Below, piece by piece: positions 1 to 9,291 of a stretch of DNA of 61,337 nt (positions are counted from its first letter, which is position 1; every line of letters begins with the position of its first letter). Where the stretch lies: assembly GCA_038248505.1 (NCBI GenBank), contig JBBRXJ010000005.1, positions 1 through 61,337 of the forward strand, in the 5' to 3' direction. The stretch is from Bacteroidales bacterium. Lineage in GTDB: Bacteria > Bacteroidota > Bacteroidia > Bacteroidales > JBBRXJ01. The position numbers and the translations under genes were made by a program. The notes beneath the pieces are model-generated. The model was not told the DNA's origin. It worked only from the letters and a program-made list of their open reading frames with translations, and did no database searches.

Positions 1-93
1 GATTTGTCAAATTACGCTTCAGGTTCGTATATTTTACAAATACTTAATGGTAATAAATTAGTTGTTACTAAGAGAATCATAATTGAAAAATAG
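1..93 (+). CDS. 3' end of a protein with a T9SS type-A C-terminal sorting domain (partial, truncated by window edge)
   Basis: Frame 1 reads DLSNYASGSYILQILNGNKLVVTKRIIIEK*, matching the T9SS CTD pattern (GxY ... KxIIxK). It is followed by a terminator. Confidence 0.8.
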   Translation, partial: DLSNYASGSYILQILNGNKLVVTKRIIIEK

Positions 94-110
94 ATAATTA
101 GTTATTTTGT

Positions 111-145
111 AAAAAGCCGCTGAATTGTTTCAGCGGCTTTTTTTA
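111..145 (+). terminator. Rho-independent terminator
   Basis: AAAAAGCCGCTGAA-TTGT-TTCAGCGGCTTTTT stem followed by a T-tract, 17 nt after the stop at 93. Confidence 0.9.
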
Positions 146-318
146 TTTCTCATATATTTTACCAATTTCAATATTTTGAATATATATTTCCATGAGTTTG
201 TATATATAAGTAAAACAGGTATTTACAATATGTTTTTCATAACACGAAAAAAAGTATTATCTTGTAAATATGTTTTATATTAAAAATTTCAAATGGAAAT
301 CTATTTTCAAAAATACGA

Positions 319-3300
319 GTGAATCAGAATTTTATGTCTAATGATAAAGATTATTTAAAGAGTTACGATAAAGATCAGCAAATTCAAATTTTGCAGCAAG
401 AGTTATTGGAACTTAAAAAAGCTTATGGTGAATTGCTTTCAGCTATGCGTATGAATGATAGAAAAGCAATTGAAAATAGTTTTATTGATTTCATAAAATC
501 ACATTATTCTAATTCAACAAATATTTTCCACAGTTTTATTAATCAGTCTTCTGAAGGTATATCGCTTGCTGATAGTGATGGTCGGATTATAGAGTGGAAT
601 CTTGCGATGGAACGTATGTTTGGCTTAGATAGAAAGAACGTTGTTGGTTTAAATATATGGGAATTAGAATTTCAGAGAATGCCTCTAGAGAAAAAGACAG
701 AGGAGGCACGAAATAGGATACACGGCTTGATGAAGAGTTATCTGGCAAATTTGAGTCTGATGAAACCCTTATCTTATGAAGGAGAGATGTTAGATGGTAG
801 AGGAAAGCTGATTTTTGTTCAAATCACAATTTTTCCTATTGTTTTAGATAAGGAATGTCTTATTGGTACTTTAACTCGTGATGTTTCAGAGCGACGCCAG
901 ATGATAGATTATTTAGAAGAAAAAAATATTAATCTGGAAACTTTAAATGAAGAATACCATGCCTTAAACGAGGAGAGACAGAATAAAAATGAAGATTTGA
1001 AACAAATAAATGAAAAACTAATAAGAGAAGTTAGTCAACATTTTCAAACTCAAAAATTACTTAGACAACGAGAGGAATTATTCCGTTCTTTTCTGGAGCA
1101 GTCATCTGAAGGCATTATTTTAATTAATACCGAGGGTCGAATTGTTGAATGGAATACGCAAATGGAGCGTATTTTTGATAGGTCAAGAGATGAAATGTTA
1201 TCTACTTTTATTTGGGATTTTGATTATTCAGTGATACCAAATGAGCGAAAAAAGTTTAGCTCAAAGGATCGTTTACAGTCTTCAATTTTAGAATTTTTTG
1301 AAAATCTTCAAAGTATTGAAATTGAGAGTTTAGTTTACTTTAGAAATGAGGAAAGATATATCCGCATTAATATTTTTCCTGTAAAAATTGGGACTGATTT
1401 ATTTATTGGTCGCCATATTAGTGACATTACTGATCGCAAAGAGAGTGACAAGGAGCTTGAGAATTATCGAGCGCATTTAGAAGTTATCGTTGAAAATAAA
1501 TCTCGCGAATTATTAAATACACAAGATCAATTAAAGAGGCTTAGTGATAATATTCCTGGTGGTTTTGTATTTAGAGGTTACACTAACAAAAATGGGCTTG
1601 ACGAAATAGTATATATCAGTACTACTGCTGAATTTTTATTAAATTCAAAAATCATTGAACTTAAACAAGATGGTGTTCCTCCTATATCACGAATACATGA
1701 AGGCGATAGAGATGCTTTTTGTGAAAAAATTGCATATTCAAAATTGACATGCGAATTATTTGATATGGAATTACGTTTTGAAAAAGATAAGAATATTTTT
1801 ATATGGCTTCAAATTCGTATTGATTATAGTTTGGGTGATGATCTATTATTATGGTGGGACGGACTTTTAATTGATATTACTCAAAGAAAAGAAAACGAAA
1901 TAGCCTATCTAGAAAGAGAATATTTAATAAAGAATATACAAGAAGGTATTGCTTCGGCAACGGGTGAAAAACTTTTTAATATATTATTGTCAAAATTGGC
2001 TGAAACGCTTAATGCCGATTATTCATTTGTTGGTGAAGTTAATGGAACTCAAGTTACAACTTTAAAGTTATTCTGCAAAGATGGCATTTTAGATAATTTT
2101 AGTTACGATTTAAAGGGTACTCCATGTGAGAATGTTGTAGGAAAACAATTATGTATTCATACATCAAAAGTAGCTGATAGTTTTGGTGAAGATAATTTAC
2201 TGAAGCAAATGGGTATTGAAGGATATGTTGGGGTTCCTCTTTTTGATTCTCATGGAAGCCCTGTGGGTATTATGGCTGCTCTTTTTAAAAGTTCCATAAA
2301 AGCATCCGAACTTGTAATTAAGGTAATGCAAATATTTTCTCATCGTGCTGGTGTAGAAATTGAGCGTGTTAATTATGAAAGGACTTTACGTGAACGCGAA
2401 GAACATTTTAGAACGTTGTTTGATTTTACTCCCACCTTGCAATTAATTACTACTATGGATGGTGTAGTTTTAAACGCAAATACTTCTTTTCTTAAATCAA
2501 CTGGGTATTCTCGTGAAGATGTTATTGGAAAACGAACAACTGATTTTGGATTGTGGAGTGAAAGTACTAGAAAAAGCTATATGGAAGCGATTGATACGTT
2601 TGGTTTTGTAAATGGAATTAGTACCTATTTTATTAGAAATGATAAACAAAGAAGAGATGTTTTGCTCTCGGCAACGAAAGTAAGTATTGATGGTAAGGAG
2701 TGTATTTTATCAAATGCTACTGATATAACAGAGCTTAAAAAAGCCGAAAAATATATAAAGTATTCTGAAAAACGACTAACCGATGCGCAAGCACTCGCAC
2801 ACGTTGGTCATTGGGAAATTGATCTAATGAACAGAACTATTTCAGGTTCTCTTGAGACACGTCGAATTTACGGATTGGATGAGACTATTGACACTTTTGA
2901 TTTATCTACTGTTCAAGCTCTAGTCCTTTTTGACGATCGGAAGAAAATGGATGATGCCATTACTAATTTATTATCAGGTGAGTCGGATTATGATATTCAA
3001 TTTAGATTAAAAAGAAAAAGTGATGGCATCTTAACTTATGTGCGCTCAAAAGCCGAATTAGAAAAAGATTCTGATGGATTACCTATTCGAATTATGGGCG
3101 TTATTCAGGATATTTCACAAAGTGTTTTAGCAGCAGAAAAGCTGAGAGAAAATGAAGAGCGCATGAAAAACATTCTACTTAATCTTTCTGATATTATTTG
3201 GATTATTGATGAACGTGGGCAAATTGTTTTTGAAACTCCCTCAACTAATCTTCTTTTAGGTTTTACTGAAGGTGAAATGCTTGGCAGATCCTTAAATGCA

Positions 3301-4146
3301 ATGGTACATCCCAATGATTTAGGAATTATTGTTGCTTCACTATATGATTTAAGAAAAGGTTTAACTAGCCATTCACATGCCGAATTGAAAATGAAAAAAT
3401 CGGATGGCACTTATATTTTGGCCGAATGTATTGCTGTTCTTATGCCGGAGTCATTGGTGTCTGGAAATATTATCGTTACCATTCGCGATATTACCGACAG
3501 AAAATTGGTTGAAAAGAAAATGCTCGATGGTATAATTGAAGCTGAAGAACGAGAGAGACAAAGGATGGCAGGAGATTTGCATGATGAGATTGGTCCTGTT
3601 TTATCTAGTCTAAAAATGTATATCTCTTCTTTTGCACCAAACATTCCTGAAGAAAAACAAAAGTACATTATTGATCAATCAATGAATCTTATTAAAGAAG
3701 CTATTACGAGTGTTCGCGAAATATCAAATGCCCTGAGTCCGCATGTACTTAATAATTACGGATTGGTTGCCGCTTTAAAAAATACAATGGATGGCTTTAG
3801 TGATTATATGAAAGTCGATTTTAAATGCAATCTAGAGAAAACTCGACTATCATTGACAATTGAATCGGTGTATTATCGAATTATAAAAGAACTTATTAAT
3901 AATACATTAAAACATTCAGGTGCAAATTCAATAAAAATAGAATTGTTGTTAGAAAAAGATGTGTTACGACTCTATTATTTAGATAACGGAAAAGGTTTTG
4001 ATGTTGACGAAATCATTAAAGAAAAGGGCAGGGGAATTGGTCTTTTTAATATTTTAAGTCGTGTTAAAACAATTAATGGAATTTATAAGTTTTTAGGAGG
4101 AAAAGGCGAAGGTTTTGGCTTTGAATTAGCTACCAAAATTGATTAA
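319..4146 (+). CDS. Cytoplasmic multi-PAS/GAF sensor histidine kinase (HisKA_3, NarX/DegS-like)
   Basis: Several PAS/PAC repeats (e.g. EGIILINTEGRIVEWN, DITDRK) and a GAF segment (KGTPCENVV...GYVGVPLFDSHG). H-box ERQRMAGDLHDEIG; HATPase ELINNTLKHS, DNGKGF, GIGL. No transmembrane helix seen. Confidence 0.93.
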   Translation: MNQNFMSNDKDYLKSYDKDQQIQILQQELLELKKAYGELLSAMRMNDRKAIENSFIDFIKSHYSNSTNIFHSFINQSSEGISLADSDGRIIEWNLAMERMFGLDRKNVVGLNIWELEFQRMPLEKKTEEARNRIHGLMKSYLANLSLMKPLSYEGEMLDGRGKLIFVQITIFPIVLDKECLIGTLTRDVSERRQMIDYLEEKNINLETLNEEYHALNEERQNKNEDLKQINEKLIREVSQHFQTQKLLRQREELFRSFLEQSSEGIILINTEGRIVEWNTQMERIFDRSRDEMLSTFIWDFDYSVIPNERKKFSSKDRLQSSILEFFENLQSIEIESLVYFRNEERYIRINIFPVKIGTDLFIGRHISDITDRKESDKELENYRAHLEVIVENKSRELLNTQDQLKRLSDNIPGGFVFRGYTNKNGLDEIVYISTTAEFLLNSKIIELKQDGVPPISRIHEGDRDAFCEKIAYSKLTCELFDMELRFEKDKNIFIWLQIRIDYSLGDDLLLWWDGLLIDITQRKENEIAYLEREYLIKNIQEGIASATGEKLFNILLSKLAETLNADYSFVGEVNGTQVTTLKLFCKDGILDNFSYDLKGTPCENVVGKQLCIHTSKVADSFGEDNLLKQMGIEGYVGVPLFDSHGSPVGIMAALFKSSIKASELVIKVMQIFSHRAGVEIERVNYERTLREREEHFRTLFDFTPTLQLITTMDGVVLNANTSFLKSTGYSREDVIGKRTTDFGLWSESTRKSYMEAIDTFGFVNGISTYFIRNDKQRRDVLLSATKVSIDGKECILSNATDITELKKAEKYIKYSEKRLTDAQALAHVGHWEIDLMNRTISGSLETRRIYGLDETIDTFDLSTVQALVLFDDRKKMDDAITNLLSGESDYDIQFRLKRKSDGILTYVRSKAELEKDSDGLPIRIMGVIQDISQSVLAAEKLRENEERMKNILLNLSDIIWIIDERGQIVFETPSTNLLLGFTEGEMLGRSLNAMVHPNDLGIIVASLYDLRKGLTSHSHAELKMKKSDGTYILAECIAVLMPESLVSGNIIVTIRDITDRKLVEKKMLDGIIEAEERERQRMAGDLHDEIGPVLSSLKMYISSFAPNIPEEKQKYIIDQSMNLIKEAITSVREISNALSPHVLNNYGLVAALKNTMDGFSDYMKVDFKCNLEKTRLSLTIESVYYRIIKELINNTLKHSGANSIKIELLLEKDVLRLYYLDNGKGFDVDEIIKEKGRGIGLFNILSRVKTINGIYKFLGGKGEGFGFELATKID

Positions 4147-4185
4147 GATTAATTTTATATTGTTTGCAATCATCAAATTAATTTA

Positions 4186-4306
4186 GAATACATTTTTGAT
4201 TCTGTATATATAGATTCACCAAAGACAAATTTCATACTAAAATACAAAAATAGGTGGCACCTCAGCGTCCTGCTTTCATCGATATATAAGAGATTAGGTT
4301 TCATTA
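4186..4306 (+). repeat. Dispersed non-coding repeat, copy A (inverted relative to copy B at 9011-9165)
   Basis: 4213-4257 matches the reverse complement of 9095-9139 at 39/45 nt, and 4260-4294 matches the reverse complement of 9023-9057 at 30/35 nt (manual alignment). Confidence 0.85.
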
Positions 4307-4410
4307 AAAATCAGTAAATATCTTAAATGGTCAATTATGCAGAATAGTAATACATTTTTCAGCTCTATTTTTTGCTATTGTATTTTTATAAACTATCCAT
4401 TTTTATTTTA

Positions 4411-4418
4411 TACATTTG
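4411..4418 (+). promoter_or_regulatory. Bacteroidota sigma-A -7 box (TAnnTTTG) upstream of the response regulator
   Basis: TACATTTG matches the consensus, 15 nt before the in-frame TTG at 4434. Confidence 0.6.
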
Positions 4419-4433
4419 GAAAAACCTAAAACC

Positions 4434-5060
4434 TTGAAAAATAAAATCATTATAGTTGACGATCATAATCTCTTCCGAAATGGAATTAAATTCCTTTTAA
4501 GCGAGATTCCTGATATTGAAATAGTTGCCGAAGCATCAGACGGGAAGGAATTTTTAGATATCATTAAAGTAATTACACCAGACATTGTTTTAATGGATAT
4601 TAATATGCCTGTAATGAATGGGGTAGAGGCAACGAAGAGAGCCCTTGAATTATATCCAGATTTAAAAATACTTGTTTTATCGATGTTTAGTGATGAAGAG
4701 TATTACAATACCATGATTGATTTAGGAGTAAAAGGCTTTATTCTTAAAGATGCAGATAATGAGGAACTTAAAAATGCTGTTCGTCGTGTTATTTCAGGAA
4801 ACACATATTTTTCTCAAGATTTATTGGTGAATTTGATCAAAAATAAGCATAGTGCTGATAATGTTTCAATTAGTGGAAGAGAAAAAGAAGTGCTAATTCT
4901 AATTTGTAAAGGGTATTCAACTGGAGAGATTGCAACAGAGTTGAATTTGAGTATGAGAACAGTTGAGAGACATCGTAGTAGTTTATTAGAGAAGACAAAC
5001 TCCAATAATTCAATAAAACTAGTTCTTTTTGCTATAAAGAACAATCTAGTTAAAATTTAA
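4434..5060 (+). CDS. NarL/FixJ-family DNA-binding response regulator
   Basis: REC domain (IIIVDDH, VLMDINMP, GFILKD) plus LuxR HTH (SGREKEVL...LSMRTVERHR). The ORF track starts at 4416, but that TTG lies inside the -7 box, so the in-frame TTG at 4434 is preferred. Confidence 0.93.
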   Translation: MKNKIIIVDDHNLFRNGIKFLLSEIPDIEIVAEASDGKEFLDIIKVITPDIVLMDINMPVMNGVEATKRALELYPDLKILVLSMFSDEEYYNTMIDLGVKGFILKDADNEELKNAVRRVISGNTYFSQDLLVNLIKNKHSADNVSISGREKEVLILICKGYSTGEIATELNLSMRTVERHRSSLLEKTNSNNSIKLVLFAIKNNLVKI

Positions 5061-5187
5061 TCAGGGCTTATACTTGATTAAGTTTTGTGAGTTTTTTTTA
5101 AATAGAATCTCACAACAAACTAATATCTAGCTTAATGGTAACTTCTTATTTTGATATGCTGAAAAAGACTTTTTTATATATTAGCAT

Positions 5188-5439
5188 TTGAATTGCCCCT
5201 GGCTTTATGGGATAAAATAAATAATGAAAATAGGCTTTAGCCAAATAATAAATAAGATTGGTATAACTAGTATTTTATCAAATACTTCGAACAAATTCTA
5301 TATCGGGTTAAAACCAAATAAAGCAACAGGAAGAACATCATAAGATAAAATCTTTCAAAGATGAATTTAATGAACTTCCTGAGAAACATGACTTTGAAAG
5401 GTTCATTTATTCGTTTAGCTAAAGCCAGAGGCAATTCAA
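5188..5439 (+). mobile_element. Decayed IS200/IS605-like (Y1 transposase) remnant bounded by 20-bp inverted repeats
   Basis: TTGAATTGCCCCTGGCTTTA (5188-5207) matches the reverse complement of 5420-5439 at 19/20. Internal 5318-5410 translates IKQQEEHHKIKSFKDEFNELPEKHDFERFIY, resembling the C-terminus of Bacteroidota IS200 TnpA (YIxNQEEHHxxxxFxEE). Confidence 0.65.
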
Positions 5440-5647
5440 TAGGCAATTTAGATAATTATATGAATAATATCAAATTGTTTACAAAGGTTTCTATAATAGC
5501 AAATATTTTTCCAGCACATCAAAATATGAATTTCCCAGTTTAATACGGAAACTGTCGGTAATTACGCAATGATTTTGAGTGTTAATTTCTGTTTTTTGCG
5601 TGGATATATCATTGATTCTGATATGTTCTTGTTAGTATATTTGTATC

Positions 5648-6028
5648 ATGATTAGCAGCATAATGAAAAATCTAAAAGTATGTATAGTTGATGATAATGC
5701 TCATTTTGTAAAAGCATTTCGTTTTATGCTTGAGGATACACAAAGTGAAAAGATAGATAAAATTTATGAAGCTAAGAATGGTCAAGAATGTCTTGATCTT
5801 TTAAAAGAGAAGCCAATTGATGTTGTTTTTATGGATATTGACATGCCAGTGATGAGTGGTATAGAAGCTACAAAAAAGATTGTGGATGCGTTTTGGGGAG
5901 TAAAAGTAGTGGCTATTTCTTTTCATTCAGAAATGAGTCATATTAAGGAAATGCTTGAGGCAGGTGCTAGAAATTACATTATTAAAGAAGATATAAATAA
6001 AGAGATTTTAGAGTTTTGTTTAGCATAA
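5648..6028 (+). CDS. Stand-alone receiver-domain response regulator
   Basis: VCIVDDN, VFMDIDMP, ARNYIIKE; 126 aa with no output domain. A TATATTTG -7 box lies at 5636-5643. Confidence 0.9.
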   Translation: MISSIMKNLKVCIVDDNAHFVKAFRFMLEDTQSEKIDKIYEAKNGQECLDLLKEKPIDVVFMDIDMPVMSGIEATKKIVDAFWGVKVVAISFHSEMSHIKEMLEAGARNYIIKEDINKEILEFCLA

Positions 6029-6042
6029 GGTAGTATTTTAAT

Positions 6043-6110
6043 GAATTTCTTTTCATGGTTTTAGGTTTAAGGTTAGTAAAAAGGGCTTTCGCTCCCGCGA
6101 AGCCCTTTTG
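6043..6110 (+). ncRNA. Candidate sRNA, copy 1 (seed TTCATGGTTTTAGGTTTA + terminator hairpin)
   Basis: Seed at 6052-6069, then hairpin AAAAGGGCTTTCGC-TCCC-GCGAAGCCCTTTT. Lies in the 3' region of the receiver gene. Confidence 0.55.
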
Positions 6111-6123
6111 AATAAAAGAATTA

Positions 6124-6184
6124 AATTTTTTCTCTTCATAGGTTTAGGTTTAGGTAAGGGGTTGACACGAGTCACCCCTTTTTC
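6124..6184 (+). ncRNA. Candidate sRNA, copy 2 (seed TTCATAGGTTTAGGTTTA + terminator hairpin)
   Basis: Seed at 6135-6152 (16/18 identical to copy 1), then hairpin AAGGGGTTGAC-ACGA-GTCACCCCTT and a T-tract. Confidence 0.5.
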
Positions 6185-6314
6185 AATTAAATTGTAATCT
6201 TTTATTTAAAAACTGTAAAATTATTTGCGTCGAATTCTTTAACAAAATATCTTTGCTAAATAATTTATCGCTATATTTCCAATTAGCTCAATCTAATTAT
6301 TTTGTTATTATAAT

Positions 6315-8219
6315 ATGTTTGAAAATTCAATCGATAATAAGCTAAGATCTTCTTTGATGAAAAATAATCAGGAGTTGATATTAAAGAGGATAAAAGACTT
6401 ATCGACCGATGGTATATGTATTATTGATCAGGCTGGAGTTATTCTAGATCTTAATAACGCTGCTAAAAGTATTTTGGCATTAATTACACGTGATGACGCT
6501 TTGGGTTTAAATTACGTTGATATTTTGCCATTAAATATTCGCAATAAAGCCCTTGATTTTTTTAATAGCATTATTAATAATGGAGGTTTTGAAACTACTT
6601 ATTTTTCAATTCCTTTAGTAGATAAGAGTATTCTTGAGTTAGAGATTCGTACATGTCTGCTAAATAATTTGGAGATAAAGACATCACCTATTCTTGTGAT
6701 ACTAAAAAATATTTCCAATACAAAGGCAATAGGCGAGAGAACACAAATATTAAATAAATTATTAGAAGATATTTTTATTCCTAGTTCTAGTATATTAAGT
6801 GAGAGAGAAAGAATGTATCAAATCATCATTCAGCATTTGAAAGATATGATTTGGGTGGTTGATAATGATTCAAGAATTAATTATGTTTCTCCCTCAACAA
6901 CAAAAATATTAGGATATACACCGGAAGAAGTTTATGGATTGATAGGTATGTCTTTTATTCATCCTGATGATTTATTTACCACCCAGAGTTCTTTGTTAGA
7001 ATTACTCGAAAAAAAATCAGATAAAGTTTTGTTTGAATTTCGTGTAAGACATTTGTGTGGGCATTATTTATGTTTTGAGGCCGAAGCGGAATATCTTATT
7101 GATTATCCTGGTATTGATGGTATCGTTGTAAGAGCACATGATGTGAGCATACAAAAAGAAGCCGAGTTATTATTAAGAAACAGTGAAGAGAAATTTAAAA
7201 ATATTTTTCATTCGAGCAGCGATGGAATTACTATTACAGATATTAAAGGCAATTACCTTGAAACTAATCAAATTGCAATTGAAAGAACAGGATTATCACA
7301 TGAGCAATTTTTGAAAATGAATGTACGGGATATTTTGAGAGATAAATACCCTGGCCATCTTGATAAAATGACAGATCATATTTTACGTTTTGGTAATATG
7401 GTCTTTGAAACGGATTATATTTCAAAAGAGGGCAAGTGCATTTATATTGAAATACGAAGTAAATTAATACAGTTCTCAGGTGTACCTGCTATTATGCATT
7501 TAACAAGAGATATTACGGATTGTAAAAATCTGGAAAAAGAAGTAGTAAAAACGATGATTGAAACCGAGGAGCGTGAACGTAATCGTTTTGCTCAAGACTT
7601 ACACGATGGATTGGGCGCTTTATTATCAGGAGTAAAAATGTATCTTAGTTTAATGAGGAATGTGCAGTTTTCAGAAATGGAGCGAAATAATATGCTTGAT
7701 AAAACGAGTGTTTTAATTTCAAAAGCAGCCCAAAGTGCACGCGAAATAGCAAATAACATTAAGCCGCCCGAATTAGCTCGTTTTGGCTTAATTGCAACGC
7801 TAAACTCATTTATTGATAGAATACTTGGTGAGATGAGTATAGATGTTCAGCTTAATTTTAATAACTATAACATTCGCCTGCGCGATGATATTGAGCTAGT
7901 AATTTATAGGGTCGTTTCAGAACTTATTAATAATACGATACAACATGCGGAGGCAAGCAAGATTGAGATTGAGTTATATAACGCAAATGGCATCTTATTT
8001 TTAAACTATTTGGATAATGGTAAAGGATTCGATTTTGACACTAAAAGACATGACCAAAGTAGCGGAATGGGTTTACGTAACGTAATAAATCGTATAAATA
8101 GCCTTGATGGCGAAATTTCAGTTGTAAGTCAAGCTGGGGAAGGTTTTAAATTCATTGCTGAAATTAAAATTAAAGAAAAGTTTATTCTTTTTGCAAAAGA
8201 AAAGTTATATGAAGAATAA
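6315..8219 (+). CDS. Cytoplasmic PAS-domain sensor histidine kinase (HisKA_3)
   Basis: Three PAS domains (e.g. YVSPSTTKILGY..FIHPDD). H-box ERNRFAQDLHDGLG; HATPase ELINNTIQHA, DNGKGF, GMGL. Confidence 0.93.
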   Translation: MFENSIDNKLRSSLMKNNQELILKRIKDLSTDGICIIDQAGVILDLNNAAKSILALITRDDALGLNYVDILPLNIRNKALDFFNSIINNGGFETTYFSIPLVDKSILELEIRTCLLNNLEIKTSPILVILKNISNTKAIGERTQILNKLLEDIFIPSSSILSERERMYQIIIQHLKDMIWVVDNDSRINYVSPSTTKILGYTPEEVYGLIGMSFIHPDDLFTTQSSLLELLEKKSDKVLFEFRVRHLCGHYLCFEAEAEYLIDYPGIDGIVVRAHDVSIQKEAELLLRNSEEKFKNIFHSSSDGITITDIKGNYLETNQIAIERTGLSHEQFLKMNVRDILRDKYPGHLDKMTDHILRFGNMVFETDYISKEGKCIYIEIRSKLIQFSGVPAIMHLTRDITDCKNLEKEVVKTMIETEERERNRFAQDLHDGLGALLSGVKMYLSLMRNVQFSEMERNNMLDKTSVLISKAAQSAREIANNIKPPELARFGLIATLNSFIDRILGEMSIDVQLNFNNYNIRLRDDIELVIYRVVSELINNTIQHAEASKIEIELYNANGILFLNYLDNGKGFDFDTKRHDQSSGMGLRNVINRINSLDGEISVVSQAGEGFKFIAEIKIKEKFILFAKEKLYEE

Positions 8220-8246
8220 TTAAATTAAATTTGAAAAAAATTACTT

Positions 8247-8897
8247 ATGAAATACGTAATAGCAATTGTAGACGACCACAAAATTTTTCGTGAAGGTTTT
8301 AAACTGGTTCTTAAAAGTATTGGGCTTGTAAAACAAGTGCATGAAGCATCTGGAGGCAAAGAACTGCTTGAGATTCTTTCAAAAGAAAAAGTTGATTTGG
8401 TTTTTATGGATATTAATATGCCAGGAATTGATGGTGTTGAAGCCACTCAAAAGGCATTGCAATTATATCCTGGTATTAAAATTATAGCTATTTCAGCTTA
8501 TGATAGTACCGATTATGTAAATAAAATGATACATGCAGGTGTTGAAGGTTATTTACTTAAAGATGCTGATTATGAAGAGGTTGAAGAAGCTATTAAGAAT
8601 GTGATGAATGATAAAAATTATTTCTCACAAAAAATTCTTATTAATATTACTAAAAGTAGCATTTCAAAACGCGATGATAATAGAAAGAAGTCTGATTTGC
8701 CACATTTAACAGATCGTGAGACACAAGTCGTGAAAATGCTTTGTAAAGGTGAAGGCAAAAGAGAAATTGCTGCAAAATTATTCATCAGTGAACGTACTGT
8801 TGAGAAACATAAAGAAAATCTTCTTATGAAAACTGGTGTAAATAACTCGGTTAACCTTGTTATATACGCTCTAAAGCATAAGATTGCTGAATTATAA
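8247..8897 (+). CDS. NarL/FixJ-family DNA-binding response regulator
   Basis: IAIVDDH, VFMDINMP, GYLLKD; LuxR HTH LTDRETQV...FISERTVEKHK. Confidence 0.93.
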   Translation: MKYVIAIVDDHKIFREGFKLVLKSIGLVKQVHEASGGKELLEILSKEKVDLVFMDINMPGIDGVEATQKALQLYPGIKIIAISAYDSTDYVNKMIHAGVEGYLLKDADYEEVEEAIKNVMNDKNYFSQKILINITKSSISKRDDNRKKSDLPHLTDRETQVVKMLCKGEGKREIAAKLFISERTVEKHKENLLMKTGVNNSVNLVIYALKHKIAEL

Positions 8898-8921
8898 TAG
8901 TGTCGATTATTACCGTATTAT

Positions 8922-8958
8922 AATGGGTGTTTCATACAATGAAACACCCATTTTTTTT
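8922..8958 (+). terminator. Rho-independent terminator
   Basis: AATGGGTGTTTCAT-ACA-ATGAAACACCCATT perfect 14-bp stem plus a T-tract. Confidence 0.9.
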
Positions 8959-9010
8959 GATTGTTTTTCTATAATCTATACTGTGTGTTTGATTGTGATT
9001 CATATTTTGA

Positions 9011-9165
9011 TAATTAAAGCAGATCTCATATATATCAATTAAAGCAAGACGCTTAGGCATTCGCTGCGGCGAAAAACTCAATGTGGCACCTCAACCACCT
9101 ACCTTGGTATTTTAGAATGAATTTTGTCTTTGGTGTATCATTATGCAGAATCAAATAAAGTATTC
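9011..9165 (-). repeat. Dispersed non-coding repeat, copy B (carries a ~35-nt insertion)
   Basis: Reverse-complement homologue of 4186-4306. The insertion at ~9060-9094 contains GTGGCACCTCA, identical to 4254-4264. Confidence 0.85.
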
Positions 9166-9291
9166 ATATTCGATAATAAGACGTATAAAATTACGTCTAA
9201 ATCCCATTGGCTTTTTAGAAAATGATAAATAAAAATAAGCGATATTTACATTGATTTTAATAGAGAAATTATTATCCATATTAAAATTAAT

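Noticed and set aside
3105-3668. Short antisense ORFs inside the first kinase (and similar ones inside GH29, pepP, S41, corA, trxA, dnaE, rpsP, recJ, ribD, darB and the KS gene)
   Set aside because: They lie entirely opposite or out of frame to well-supported genes and show no motifs; shadow ORFs.
5361-5543. 60-aa ORF MNLMNFLR...
   Set aside because: It crosses the IS200 relic in another frame and runs through its inverted repeat; no coding features.
5982-6056. Reading the seed on the minus strand as the start of a small ORF (MKRNSLKYYL...)
   Set aside because: The 24-aa ORF overlaps the receiver gene antisense, the three copies give unrelated peptides, and the hairpin-plus-U-tract polarity favours the + strand. 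Not fully excluded.
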